From IMG/VR virus record IMGVR_UViG_3300006919_000002: a stretch of DNA of 64,000 bases; one strand, 5' to 3'. Below, one piece after another: positions 9,742 to 20,145 of the stretch (position 1 is the first letter of the stretch; each line of letters opens with the position of its first letter). Made by a program: the position numbers and the translations under genes. The notes beneath the pieces were generated by a model. That model was given only the letters and a program-made list of their open reading frames with translations, did no database searches and was not told where the DNA came from. The stretch comes from an uncultured virus (IMG/VR IMGVR_UViG_3300006919_000002) (Duplodnaviria > Heunggongvirae > Uroviricota > Caudoviricetes).

Positions 9742-12700
9742 TTATTTAAAGTAAGGAGCAAATTCACCTAAAAATTCTTGAGCACTTTTTGATTTTGTAT
9801 AAGTGTCTTCATCATCATATCCTAAGTCAAATACATTAAAAACACTTGTTTCTTTTTGAGTTGTTTGTTTTGTTGTTGTTTGATTTTCATTCGTTCCATC
9901 CGTTTCATCTTTTCCAAAATCAAGAAAAGAACTGATATTTGAATATGCTGCTAAAGGATCACTTAATGCATCTTGCAATCCAAAACCAAATTCTAAACCT
10001 TTACCACTTTGTACTTCACCAAGTAATTCCATTTCAGAACGATCTACATCAGGTAAAAATGATTCATAAAATTCATCTTCTGTCCCTTGATAACCAGACT
10101 TTTGAAAACTTTCAAACAACCATGTTTTACCTTTGGGTGCTTCATCTGTAAAATCTTCAGGGCGATCAATATATGTAATTCCTAAAATTTCTTGGCTTGG
10201 ATCTTCTCGTTGTTCATTTAGATATTTAATATTTTCTCTAATTTCCAGGGCTGATCCTGTTCTCATGATATCAATAATGTATCCTTTTAAATCATCTAAT
10301 GTACCTGTAAAATCTTCTAAACCTAAATCTTTTAAAATTTTATCGTATTTTTCATCGGCAAAATCTACTCCTTCTAGTAGTTCATCTGCAAATTCTTCAG
10401 GTGTAATAAAACGACCGAAAGGAGAATCAATTGCTGCTGCTTTATCTTTTAAATAAGTATCAATAATGTTTTGTGCTTTATCGGTAATAATAGTAGTATT
10501 TAATAAATCAAGTGCTGGATCATAGTCTTTGTATTGGCCAAGAGTCCAGTAATGTAGTTGCGCAAAATCATCTTTACTTAACGTCCACTTTCCTTCTTCA
10601 TTAAATCCACCTAAACCATATCTATAAGCTTGTGAATACCATGTATCACCAATGGTTGTACCTGGAATTTCATTTTTAAAATTATTTTCTTGTGCATCTT
10701 CCCAATCTTTATTAACTGTCTCACTTTGATTTTGCAACTCTTGTTCTTTTTGCGGGTTTACTCTTGCTCCATTTCCCATAGGATCAAAATAAAAATCAGT
10801 ATTAAATTTAGATGTTTCTCCAATGCTCTTTTCAAGTTCTTCTAAATAAGCATTGGCTTGAATTTGTCCGGCATTTCTTAAAGCAAAAGCTAAATCTTCT
10901 GTTTGAAAAGGATTTTTTTCTTCTTGGCGAACATCCATATATTCAACAAATTCATCCATTGATCTGGATGTATCAAATCTTGGTTTTAAATAATCATTAA
11001 CAAAATCCCTGGCAAATCTACCAGCAACTGTTTCATCTATTCCATCAATAGTTAAGTTGTTTCCTAGTTCTTCATCAAGAGAATCGATTGCATTTCTTTG
11101 ATTAGTAATTAAATTTTCTATTTTTTTTATAAATTCACTATATTCAGAAACTTCATTTCTTGTTGGACTTGTTTCTTGTATTAAATTTAATATGTCTAAA
11201 GATGATGTACTTAATGCGGCTCTTTCTGCTTCCGTCAAAGCGTTTAAACTTTCTGGATTTTCAAGTATTTTTTCTTCTTTTATTGCTTGATCATTTAAAT
11301 AATTAATTAACTCGGCTGTGTCATTAAATCCTGCTGCATCTAAAAATACCGCATTAAACTCACCTTCTTCTTGATTGTATGGATCAACACCTAGATTGCG
11401 GTTTAAAAATTTATTAAATGCGGTTAAAATATTTTCTTTTATTTCATAGGGTTGATAGCGTTCTTTGTTTTCTTCATAGTTAGGCGAATATCTCTTGCTT
11501 AGTGTATCTTTAAACCATGTTTCCCAGTTATATTCAACACTGTTCTTTAAACCTGATATTGAACCTTCTAATTTATCTTCTAATCTTTTTGCATAATCTC
11601 TACCCCTATTTGACATTGGTAGTATTCCACCAATGCCGCTGTCATTTAAAAATGAATCAGCAATTGTTTTTCCAGCATTAAAAACTTCAGAAAAAGAACC
11701 TAATCCTTGATAAAAAGCAATGTTTTGTTCTTTGGCTTTTTGGTTTTGAATTTCAGCAACTGTTTGCTGTAATGCGTCTTTTGTTAGATTACCAAATTGA
11801 CTAACCTGTTGAAGTCTTTCTTGACCAATTAAATTATTGATCATATCTTCAAATTCTGTTATGTAAGCATCGCTTCCGGCTTCACTTTGAATATTTTCTA
11901 TTGCTGTTGTATCAGCTTCTCTTTGAGATTTTAAAAACAAACTAACAAAATCATTTGGTTTATCTTTACTAATTTCAAAAACAGGGATACGACCACCAGC
12001 TAAACTTTCTGTTGAATACGCAGGATCGTTTTGTAATTCTTGCCAATAGCGATAGTCTGCGTTTTTTTCATCTCCTGATAAAGCTGCTTCATATTGTTTT
12101 TTCCAATAGTCATTGTTTTTTATAACATCTAATTCAGAGTTTTCATCTAAGGTAACACCTAACTGTTTATCTCTTATCGTCTGGATACTTTCATCTGTAA
12201 TAATATCTTCTGCTTGTAAATTTTCTCCTTCGTATTTTTTTAGATCTTCTGCTTCATTTGCTCTAACATTTTCACCATTTAATACTCGTTGAGTATAGTT
12301 AAATCTGTAAAAATTAGTAGCATCATAGTCTTCTTTGTTTTCTTTAGATGCAAAATCAGTTTTACTAACTGCTCCATATCTGCTTAAAAGATCAACATCA
12401 TCAAGCGCAACAATATTGTCAAATTTATTTTTTGCTTCAATATCTTGAGTTTCATAATAATTTTTATTAAAATTTCCATAGGGCGGCTCTTTAAAAGAAT
12501 TATAAGCTTCAGGGGCTAAACCTTCTTTAATATAAAAAGTTCTAAATAACTCTTCATAGCCTCTTTGGTCTGCAACATTTAAAGAAGTTAATGCTTTTAA
12601 TAAACCATCTCTATTTTCTAAATAATTACCCGTTTGATTTCCATTGATATTATTTCTTTGATCAAGAAAAGCTTGATGAGCAGCGTCTAAAACTTTATTT

Positions 12701-13485
12701 CTTTTATTTGCTATAGCAACCTCAGCATCGTAATTGTTTATTTTTTCTTGATTTCTGCCTCTTTTTTCGGCATTTTCTGTATTTATTTTAGTTACTTGTG
12801 GTTGTGTGTTTTTTAAAGCACTATTTACTTGTTCATTTGCTTCTGCATTTTTTGCGCCTGATGCACCAACACTTACTGCTCTCCCATCAGCTTCATAACC
12901 ATAACTTGCAATCTCTGTACTTCCTTGCGGTACAGCACCTCCAGGTGCTGTATATCTAACTTCTGCGGCTTTCCAGTTATTTGCAGATGCTGATGGAACG
13001 TGTGCTCGGACAACAGCACTTTGAGTAGTTTCAAGTGTTGGATAAACAGGAGTTAGGGGAATATTTCCTCCTAATTTAAAAGGCAAAAGTAAAGCTATAT
13101 TATTTCTTGTATAACTAAGTTTTTCATTATCATCAAGATTTGGATCATAGTACAAACTTGTAGATGGATAATCTGCAGTAGTTGTTGTACTTGTTTGACT
13201 ATTAATTACAGAGCTAGGGTAAGTTTGTCCTTCTGATATTTCATTATCTAAAAAAGTATTTTCTTGAATTAAATCTAGATCACTACTAATAATAGTTTCT
13301 GCTTCAGGTGGTGGTGCTAAGGCTGCTTTTTGTTCCTCTAATTCTTTTAAAACTTGTTCTATGGCTTGTTCAGTTGTTAAAGTACCTCCGTGTGGAATTG
13401 TGGGCTGAACAGATACATTGGGAATATTTTGCACAGGAATCCCTGCTGTCATCCCTGGATTAAAAATAATAATTGGACCCGTCAT
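9742..13485 (-). CDS. Large hypothetical protein (1247 aa), possible internal virion protein
   Basis: Long acidic ORF in the late arm. Confidence 0.7.
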   Translation of the reverse strand: MTGPIIIFNPGMTAGIPVQNIPNVSVQPTIPHGGTLTTEQAIEQVLKELEEQKAALAPPPEAETIISSDLDLIQENTFLDNEISEGQTYPSSVINSQTSTTTTADYPSTSLYYDPNLDDNEKLSYTRNNIALLLPFKLGGNIPLTPVYPTLETTQSAVVRAHVPSASANNWKAAEVRYTAPGGAVPQGSTEIASYGYEADGRAVSVGASGAKNAEANEQVNSALKNTQPQVTKINTENAEKRGRNQEKINNYDAEVAIANKRNKVLDAAHQAFLDQRNNINGNQTGNYLENRDGLLKALTSLNVADQRGYEELFRTFYIKEGLAPEAYNSFKEPPYGNFNKNYYETQDIEAKNKFDNIVALDDVDLLSRYGAVSKTDFASKENKEDYDATNFYRFNYTQRVLNGENVRANEAEDLKKYEGENLQAEDIITDESIQTIRDKQLGVTLDENSELDVIKNNDYWKKQYEAALSGDEKNADYRYWQELQNDPAYSTESLAGGRIPVFEISKDKPNDFVSLFLKSQREADTTAIENIQSEAGSDAYITEFEDMINNLIGQERLQQVSQFGNLTKDALQQTVAEIQNQKAKEQNIAFYQGLGSFSEVFNAGKTIADSFLNDSGIGGILPMSNRGRDYAKRLEDKLEGSISGLKNSVEYNWETWFKDTLSKRYSPNYEENKERYQPYEIKENILTAFNKFLNRNLGVDPYNQEEGEFNAVFLDAAGFNDTAELINYLNDQAIKEEKILENPESLNALTEAERAALSTSSLDILNLIQETSPTRNEVSEYSEFIKKIENLITNQRNAIDSLDEELGNNLTIDGIDETVAGRFARDFVNDYLKPRFDTSRSMDEFVEYMDVRQEEKNPFQTEDLAFALRNAGQIQANAYLEELEKSIGETSKFNTDFYFDPMGNGARVNPQKEQELQNQSETVNKDWEDAQENNFKNEIPGTTIGDTWYSQAYRYGLGGFNEEGKWTLSKDDFAQLHYWTLGQYKDYDPALDLLNTTIITDKAQNIIDTYLKDKAAAIDSPFGRFITPEEFADELLEGVDFADEKYDKILKDLGLEDFTGTLDDLKGYIIDIMRTGSALEIRENIKYLNEQREDPSQEILGITYIDRPEDFTDEAPKGKTWLFESFQKSGYQGTEDEFYESFLPDVDRSEMELLGEVQSGKGLEFGFGLQDALSDPLAAYSNISSFLDFGKDETDGTNENQTTTKQTTQKETSVFNVFDLGYDDEDTYTKSKSAQEFLGEFAPYFK

Positions 13486-13489
13486 TTAT

Positions 13490-13867
13490 TTATGCAGCTT
13501 CTGGATCTGGAGACAAGTTATTTACATTATAAGATTGAATACTGCAAGAAATGTAAGATACATCCATCCAGTCTTTAATTCTCTCTAGTCTTTCTTGACA
13601 AAAGTATTTTTGTTCACGAAACCATTCCTCCATATTGCAGCTACCTTTATTACTATTACAACGTTGGCAAGATGGAACCAGGTTATTACGATTACTAGAG
13701 CCTGATTTAAAACGAGGAATAATATGATCTAAAGATGTTGCTGGTCTACCACAATAACCACAACAGTGGTTCCAGGCTTCGTATATTGATTGTCGATAAC
13801 GTTTTTTGGCTAACCGAGGAGTGACTTCAATGAGCATAGAGAGGGGTTCCTTCTCGTCATTGAACAT
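13490..13867 (-). CDS. HNH endonuclease
   Basis: CGYCG...SLDHIIP...NLVPSCQRCNSNKG. Confidence 0.9.
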   Translation of the reverse strand: MFNDEKEPLSMLIEVTPRLAKKRYRQSIYEAWNHCCGYCGRPATSLDHIIPRFKSGSSNRNNLVPSCQRCNSNKGSCNMEEWFREQKYFCQERLERIKDWMDVSYISCSIQSYNVNNLSPDPEAA

Positions 13868-13990
13868 CTCTTCAGTTGCGGTTACTTTATTTTAAGATTC
13901 CTAAATTCGTATAAAAATAAGAAATGTTTATTAAAGCCATTAATAAGTTTGTTTTTCTATGTACTTTAAATATGCAAGCCAAATTCTTCT

Positions 13991-14227
13991 ATGGCAAAAG
14001 CACCTGAGTCAACCGGATGGTTTTCAATCAACAAAGCAGAGGAGATGCTTGGCTTAGACCGCAAAACTCTTTTCCGTTTCCGTGATGATGGAACCCTTAA
14101 GCTTGGCACCCACTTTACAGCATTTCCTGGGAAAACCTGGTCACGAGACAGCTATTACTGGAATGTCAAAGCCGTTCAGCGCTTCTTGCAGACACAAGCA
14201 AGCGATCAGCAACCAATGGCTGCTTAA
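13991..14227 (+). CDS. Excisionase-like helix-turn-helix protein
   Basis: WFSINKAEEMLGLDRKTLFRFRDDGTLKLGTHF. Confidence 0.7.
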   Translation: MAKAPESTGWFSINKAEEMLGLDRKTLFRFRDDGTLKLGTHFTAFPGKTWSRDSYYWNVKAVQRFLQTQASDQQPMAA

Positions 14228-14603
14228 TACTTGTATAGTATTGTTTCCTGATTTTATAAGCTAATAATAAATCTGTAATATTTAATTCAATCCGTTGATT
14301 AGCCATTTCTTGATACAAGTTATAGCACAGTGTTCTAATACGGCCCCATAATTTTTGGGGTCGTTTTTCTTTTAAATTAAATAAAATAACCCACTGTGGA
14401 TGCAGTGGGTAAATAGGACGTTTTTTATTTTTAATAAAAATAGTATTATCAGGACCCCATTTAAAGTCCCATAGTTTATCTGGCTTAACGCCATAAGTGG
14501 CAATCATGCCATAAAGCCACGCAACGTTTTTTAATTTACTAAAAGAAAGTAGTTTAAAATAATCGTTTACAATTCGTTGATCAGTAGGAGGAGCGAGTTC
14601 CAT
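14166..14603 (-). CDS. Truncated, apparently inactive tyrosine-recombinase-like protein
   Basis: WLYGMIATYGVKPDK and YPLHPQWV resemble cyanobacterial phage integrases (YGM.ATYGLRPHE, WPLHPEWV); catalytic residues absent. Confidence 0.55.
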   Translation of the reverse strand: MELAPPTDQRIVNDYFKLLSFSKLKNVAWLYGMIATYGVKPDKLWDFKWGPDNTIFIKNKKRPIYPLHPQWVILFNLKEKRPQKLWGRIRTLCYNLYQEMANQRIELNITDLLLAYKIRKQYYTSIKQPLVADRLLVSARSAERL

Positions 14604-14711
14604 AGGTCTTTAATCGGTATTAACCATACTGTATATACTGGTCAAACCATTGCTACAGAACCATTAGTATTGCTTTGGTATCTGAGCTTATTATTAGTAT
14701 ACACTAATTAA

Positions 14712-14924
14712 TTAAACGCCACTCGCAAAGGCTGCCCAACAAGCTCCTAGGGCTTCTATAGTTGATGTTTCACCACTCTCATAAGGTAAATTAACTACAT
14801 CACCAGCATGGTATACAGTGGGTACTCCACTAGCTTTAATGTTACTAAATCCGTATTTGCGAACATTAATTTGTTCTTCCGAAAGAACAAAAACACCATC
14901 AACAATATCACCAAAGTCAGCCAT
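14712..14924 (-). CDS. Hypothetical structural-region protein
   Basis: ORF track; coupled to the upstream stop. Confidence 0.65.
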   Translation of the reverse strand: MADFGDIVDGVFVLSEEQINVRKYGFSNIKASGVPTVYHAGDVVNLPYESGETSTIEALGACWAAFASGV

Positions 14925-16561
14925 TACGTTCCAGGTCTCCCACCTTGATATGGAATGTATTCTTTACCATTTTTATCATACATTCTAAAGCTCGACATTT
15001 GAACAAAATCACTTGGTATATTAAATAGTTTCTGTGCCATTGGCATCATCATTGGAGCACCACAGTTATAAGGTGGTACATCCATTTTAGATAACCCATT
15101 TTTTACAATTTCATATTCAGCTTTTTGATTATCTTTATTGGTTTGCTCTACCAGTTTTTGCTCCCATTCTGTTAAACCTTCTGCTGTTCCAACCGGAAAA
15201 TCGGATGGCTCTGGCGGAAATACTTTTTCAGCAAATTTCATTGCATAGATATGTTTGCAATATCGAATTTCATCCAATAAAGGAGTCCAAAAGTCTGTAA
15301 TTGAAGTTATGTTATAAGATCCATCTGGATTTCTTGAACTGTCATAATCGTTATAGCTGGGCATGCCTTCTGACCTTGCACCTTCAATAGAAGGTAAAGG
15401 AGTACTTCTTGTGTATACACCACCAAAATCTCTAAACATGCCAGGGCGATCTCTTAACGCACCTCGTTGTGTATCACTGGTTGGAGTAACCTGAGGTGGT
15501 ATTTCGTATTCAGCAGATGGAGCAACCACTTCCATTGCTCTATCTTCAGTTCCTTTTGACATTGCTCGATCATCAGGAATTGGATTTCCAAAACGATCTA
15601 GTTGTGGGCGCACCGTAGGTATAGGGCCAACACCAGTAACAACTTCACCTTTATACATTCTTTCAAAACGACCTGGTTTTACGGTTGATGCTTTAGTACG
15701 TGGAAAAATTTTATTATTATTCGTGCTCCCAAGCTGGGAAATATAAGCGTAATCTCTTCTTGTAAAGTCTTGACATGAACAACAATATCTTGTTCCAGTC
15801 ATCATGAATCGACCTAGTTGAGGACTTGTTCTTGCTGGTGTAACAAAAACAGCATCCGTGGTTGATTCAACTGAACCTTGTTTTTGTAATTTAATAATTC
15901 CAGTTGCTTCTTGCGTTTCTACAACAACGGCTTGAATATAACCATATCTTTTTTGTGTTGTTGGATCAATTGTTTCTGAAGTAATTGGAGCACCACCATC
16001 AACGACTATTCTGGTTTCAAATATTTCACCATTCATTGGATAAAGGGGTGGTCTACCAGGTCCTGTAAACACGTATAAAGGGGCTGGTAAAGGATTAAAA
16101 ATACTCCAGTTTCCTGCTAATTTAACATACCAATAATCTTTGTCCTCTGTTACTGATAATATAGATGCTTTAGTCCCTAAGCCATCATTAATATTATCTA
16201 AACGTAAACTTCCGCCTAGTCTTACACCGGCCCAGTGCATGCCAAGTTCTTTGTTCTTAGTTGGAAAACCTTGAAAAACACCTGGTATTCTTGGTTGTTG
16301 TCCTGTTGTTGGAACAGTGCCTACAGGAACAATATAATCAAATGGATAACTATAGACTTGCCCTATAGAACTATTTGAATAAATTTCAAAACCTCTTCTC
16401 CAGCGTGACCAAGCTGATTCTCTATTAGAACTATAAATTGAATCAGGAACTGAGCCTTTAGAAAACTCAGTTCTGATTGGTGTTATGCCTTTAGGTTCAA
16501 TACTTTTTGATTTAGCAAATGAATTAAAAGAACCGAAGGAGTTTCCGTTCTTTTTTCCCAT
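14924..16561 (-). CDS. Hypothetical protein with split SWIM-like zinc finger
   Basis: YCCSCQDF and YCKHIYAM half motifs. Confidence 0.7.
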   Translation of the reverse strand: MGKKNGNSFGSFNSFAKSKSIEPKGITPIRTEFSKGSVPDSIYSSNRESAWSRWRRGFEIYSNSSIGQVYSYPFDYIVPVGTVPTTGQQPRIPGVFQGFPTKNKELGMHWAGVRLGGSLRLDNINDGLGTKASILSVTEDKDYWYVKLAGNWSIFNPLPAPLYVFTGPGRPPLYPMNGEIFETRIVVDGGAPITSETIDPTTQKRYGYIQAVVVETQEATGIIKLQKQGSVESTTDAVFVTPARTSPQLGRFMMTGTRYCCSCQDFTRRDYAYISQLGSTNNNKIFPRTKASTVKPGRFERMYKGEVVTGVGPIPTVRPQLDRFGNPIPDDRAMSKGTEDRAMEVVAPSAEYEIPPQVTPTSDTQRGALRDRPGMFRDFGGVYTRSTPLPSIEGARSEGMPSYNDYDSSRNPDGSYNITSITDFWTPLLDEIRYCKHIYAMKFAEKVFPPEPSDFPVGTAEGLTEWEQKLVEQTNKDNQKAEYEIVKNGLSKMDVPPYNCGAPMMMPMAQKLFNIPSDFVQMSSFRMYDKNGKEYIPYQGGRPGT

Positions 16562-16563
16562 GA

Positions 16564-17328
16564 TTAGAAGAAACCGCCTTGCGCTGAAACATGAAGACCG
16601 TTGGTATAACCACTGGGGAAAGGACCATCAGGAACCACGCCAACATAAATACGGTCACCTTTCTCTAAATAAATGCCTTTATTTCTAAGAGGAACACCAT
16701 TTGTTAAGCTTGAAGTATCCCCTGCTTGTGGCATGGGATAAGCAACTTCAGGCATTACATCAGAACAATCAACTTGTTGTGTGTTAGCCGGAACAGTTTT
16801 TGAAAATAAAATTTGATAATCACCACTTGCGGGAATAGGCGTCGTGGTTCCTCTTGTGTGGTAAAAAACAACTCTTACAGGATCTTGTTGACCATATGCA
16901 ACACCTTCATAGGTAAAACCAGATGCAACTGTATAAGTTAAACCACCAAGTAAACCGGTAACTGCAGACGCACCTGTGTATTTGTAATATCCATAACCAG
17001 AGGTTGGTGCGCCTGTAGCAGTGATATCAGAAATTAAAACAACTTGACCACTAGAAATAGAAACAGCATTGCCAGAGGAAGCTGTTGTTAGTGTGTAATC
17101 AGGTGCTCTAGTTGCATCATCTCTAATAATAGAAATAGAATCAACGACTCCACCATTATTATTGTCTTCGGTTAACTCTGCATCCATATCAACAAGAATG
17201 GATGGTGCTTGACCACCTTGCACAAACAATGTGGAAGTACTGCCAACGGTTTGTGTAGTTAGTCTTACTGAATCAAACAGCGGTCTATCTACAAGTAAAG
17301 GCTGTTTATTGGTGGAAGTTGAAGACAC
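16564..17328 (-). CDS. Putative virion structural protein
   Basis: Beta-rich, Thr/Gly/Ser-rich ORF in the late arm; GTG start. Confidence 0.65.
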   Translation of the reverse strand: MSSTSTNKQPLLVDRPLFDSVRLTTQTVGSTSTLFVQGGQAPSILVDMDAELTEDNNNGGVVDSISIIRDDATRAPDYTLTTASSGNAVSISSGQVVLISDITATGAPTSGYGYYKYTGASAVTGLLGGLTYTVASGFTYEGVAYGQQDPVRVVFYHTRGTTTPIPASGDYQILFSKTVPANTQQVDCSDVMPEVAYPMPQAGDTSSLTNGVPLRNKGIYLEKGDRIYVGVVPDGPFPSGYTNGLHVSAQGGFF

Positions 17329-17358
17329 GGTTATCTATATTGTTTTTTTAATTATAGC

Positions 17359-17649
17359 TTATGCCATTTGATTAAACAGTGATTGGAATTGATTAAATTC
17401 CTTTAATCCATCCTGTGTTGCAGTTTCAAATAAACTTTCTGGATTTACTTGCATGTTAAAAAAATCTTGAAATGACTGACCATAATTATTTGTATCAGGC
17501 CGAAATTTAAAACGTGCAGCAGCAATAGTCTGTGTTATTTTTTGTGGATCAAAAGGATAATAAGAAATCAACCTTGATCGATTAAGTTCTCCCGGTGTAT
17601 AGTCTGTAGACCCTTGATCTACATAATCAGCAAATGAACTTAAGTTCAT
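17359..17649 (-). CDS. Hypothetical protein
   Basis: ORF track; ATGA overlap with upstream gene. Confidence 0.65.
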   Translation of the reverse strand: MNLSSFADYVDQGSTDYTPGELNRSRLISYYPFDPQKITQTIAAARFKFRPDTNNYGQSFQDFFNMQVNPESLFETATQDGLKEFNQFQSLFNQMA

Positions 17650-18338
17650 TGGAACATTGCTCCCATTTGTTGAAACAAAGTCATCGGATCTATTAAAGGT
17701 CTTTGTTGTAATACTTGATTTAATAAATTATTACTCATAATATCTGCAATACTTTTACGTTTTTCTGTTTTTTTAGAGTCACCCAAAGAAATATTAATAT
17801 TAATAGGAATACCATCAGCAGTTGTAGCTGTGGTGGTATTTGAATAGGGTTGGTCTGGATCTACCAGGTTTTGGTTAAATGCCTCTGTTCCAGTAAGATT
17901 AGAAGCTCCTAATAATTGTTCTGATTGTTTATATAAATCTCCACCGCGAGCCATTCTTGGTGCAGCAGAGGCTACACTAGTCTTATTGCTATCTTGTGCG
18001 TAAATATTTGCATTAGGATTACCGCCTAACACAGTTGCATAGGCTTTTTGAATACCCATGCCTGGTTTAAATCCTCTTCCTCTAAAAAATCTTTCTACGT
18101 GTGGCATTTGTTCTGCCACAGTATAATTACCAATCTTGTTAGGATTTAAACCAACTTCTTGTCTTTCTGGGCCACCAAATTGAATTAAACCGTAATAATT
18201 ATTACCGCCTCCTCCCCAAACATTAGGGCGAAATCCCGACTCTTGAAGAATCAAAGCTCCCAGTTCATTGGGATCCATTCTTAAATTACGAGCTACTGCG
18301 CGAACAGCTTCTTTGTCTGCTTGAGTTAAATTTGCCAT
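17646..18338 (-). CDS. Lytic transglycosylase (SLT-like) domain protein, probably virion-associated
   Basis: LILQESGFRPN...YYGLIQF (ES and GLxQ motifs). Confidence 0.75.
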   Translation of the reverse strand: MANLTQADKEAVRAVARNLRMDPNELGALILQESGFRPNVWGGGGNNYYGLIQFGGPERQEVGLNPNKIGNYTVAEQMPHVERFFRGRGFKPGMGIQKAYATVLGGNPNANIYAQDSNKTSVASAAPRMARGGDLYKQSEQLLGASNLTGTEAFNQNLVDPDQPYSNTTTATTADGIPININISLGDSKKTEKRKSIADIMSNNLLNQVLQQRPLIDPMTLFQQMGAMFQ

Positions 18339-19615
18339 TACTTTGTGCCCCCTCCAAACTTGCTAAGTTTTCTTAGAAACTCTTGTGCTTTATCTTTTTG
18401 ATCTTCTGGTAACCCAATATTTGTTTGATCGCCTAAAGAAGGAATTCCTTGATAACCATAAGAAGGATTTGTTAGATTTAATTGAGGGACATTGGTAACA
18501 GGAGGAACATAAGCTCCACTATAAGGACTAACATTTACTCCTGGCATTTGATTACCAAATGCTGCACTAGGATTGAAATTTATTCCAGCTTGAGCAGGCT
18601 GAGGCAATCCCATTTGTGCTAACAAAGGATTAAAAGTACCAATGGTTTCTGCTCTTCTTTGTTCTGGTGTACCGTATTTTTCTTGGTGGATACGCATGCC
18701 AAGTTCATCAAGAACTTGATAATCTTCTGGTGTTTTAGCTTTAGCTTTTAAATTCATGTATTCTTGCATGGCACCAGCGTTTCCTGCTTGCTGACCAGGG
18801 ACTGGTGGTGCTGTGATAACAGGATCAGGAAGGTTAGGAGGTATGGGGGCTTGCTGACCAGGGAACCCTGCACCTGGTCTAAACTGTTCAGCACCTAAAC
18901 CTGCTTCAAGTTCTGTTCTTTTATAGTCTTCAGGGAAACGAACTACTCTGGGCGAAGCTTGATAAGAAGCCAACGCTTCGGAATATTGCCGGGATAATTT
19001 AGGGTCTTTAATACGTTCTCTTGTTTGTTTATCAGTTAAACCAAGAGGATTGTTTAAGTCGTGTTGTAGTATTGTTGTTACTGCACTAACAGGAGCACTA
19101 AAAAGATAACTTAACCCTCGTCCAAGAATATTTTGTACTCCTGCACCTGTAATAGCTCCAACAGGGGCAGGAACAGGAGAACGAGGTACATTTGTTGGTA
19201 GTCCCCCTTTCATAAATTGTCTTGCTAAAGCAGGATCACGAATGTAAGGAGCCCCGAATGTATTTGGAGCTGGACCTGAAATAGTTGGTCTAATAACAGG
19301 AGGACGAGGGGTACCAATTCCAACAGTTGGTGCTGTAATACCACGACCCAGGGGATTTGCACTGTTAATATTAAAACCCGTAATAGGATTTTGTGGATTA
19401 ACTCCTCTTGATTGTGCTACAGCTTGCTGTACAGCGCCTGTTAAATTTCTTGCAGTGGCTTGCGCACTCCTACCAGTATCACTAACAATTCTATTAAACT
19501 GGCCTATAGCATCCGTAGACAATCTACCTGGATCCCTTATAGTTTGAATAACTTCTTTAGGAACGCCTCCTCTTGCTAAAGCGTCCGATAGCCATCGAAA
19601 ATTTGTAATAGGCAT
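18338..19615 (-). CDS. Pro/Gly-rich hypothetical protein
   Basis: ORF track; coupled to both neighbours. Confidence 0.7.
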   Translation of the reverse strand: MPITNFRWLSDALARGGVPKEVIQTIRDPGRLSTDAIGQFNRIVSDTGRSAQATARNLTGAVQQAVAQSRGVNPQNPITGFNINSANPLGRGITAPTVGIGTPRPPVIRPTISGPAPNTFGAPYIRDPALARQFMKGGLPTNVPRSPVPAPVGAITGAGVQNILGRGLSYLFSAPVSAVTTILQHDLNNPLGLTDKQTRERIKDPKLSRQYSEALASYQASPRVVRFPEDYKRTELEAGLGAEQFRPGAGFPGQQAPIPPNLPDPVITAPPVPGQQAGNAGAMQEYMNLKAKAKTPEDYQVLDELGMRIHQEKYGTPEQRRAETIGTFNPLLAQMGLPQPAQAGINFNPSAAFGNQMPGVNVSPYSGAYVPPVTNVPQLNLTNPSYGYQGIPSLGDQTNIGLPEDQKDKAQEFLRKLSKFGGGTK

Positions 19616-20076
19616 TAGCGGGCAACCTCACGTAAATACAAACGGGAACCAACAGCAGTGTCAGCAGGACCAGGTAATGCCTGGATAAATTCAGCGCCAG
19701 ATCGATCAAACCGATACCGTGCCTGGAATGGATCCTTGTAGTTTGGAACGTACAGGATGCCAGCAAGACGATTGGTTTCGTATAAATAAATTTCGTCCCA
19801 AACTTTTAATGCTTCTTTTGCATTACTAGATCGGATCGTTCTATCAACGTCACCAGCAATCGTTTCTAAACGAGTAGAAGGAGTAGATGCAACTTCAGTT
19901 TTCTTTTCTGCCGTATCACAACGGCCAATTTGAATAATGATTTTGTCGTAAAAGAAAGAATCAGGTACTGTATTCATTGCTTCTTCTAGCCTGGCATAAT
20001 CACCAGCTGGTACAGAAACCGTGAAGTATCCCAAATGATACCTTACCCTGCTTTTATCAAAATCAGAAAGTTGCAC
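19615..20076 (-). CDS. Putative head-completion/adaptor protein
   Basis: Size and position downstream of capsid genes; function inferred from context only. Confidence 0.5.
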   Translation of the reverse strand: MQLSDFDKSRVRYHLGYFTVSVPAGDYARLEEAMNTVPDSFFYDKIIIQIGRCDTAEKKTEVASTPSTRLETIAGDVDRTIRSSNAKEALKVWDEIYLYETNRLAGILYVPNYKDPFQARYRFDRSGAEFIQALPGPADTAVGSRLYLREVAR

Positions 20077-20117
20077 TGTTATCTCTTGCTATCAACTAAT
20101 TATAAATTGTTATAATC

Positions 20118-20139
20118 AAAAGCCCCGCATATGCGGGGC
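20118..20139 (-). terminator. Intrinsic terminator after the capsid operon
   Basis: GCCCCGCATATGCGGGGC palindrome followed by TTTT on the minus strand. Confidence 0.7.
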
Positions 20140-20145
20140 AATAAA

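Noticed and set aside
13991..14603. Functional lysogeny module or prophage boundary
   Set aside because: Catalytic residues missing, no repressor or att site seen, no host genes in the window
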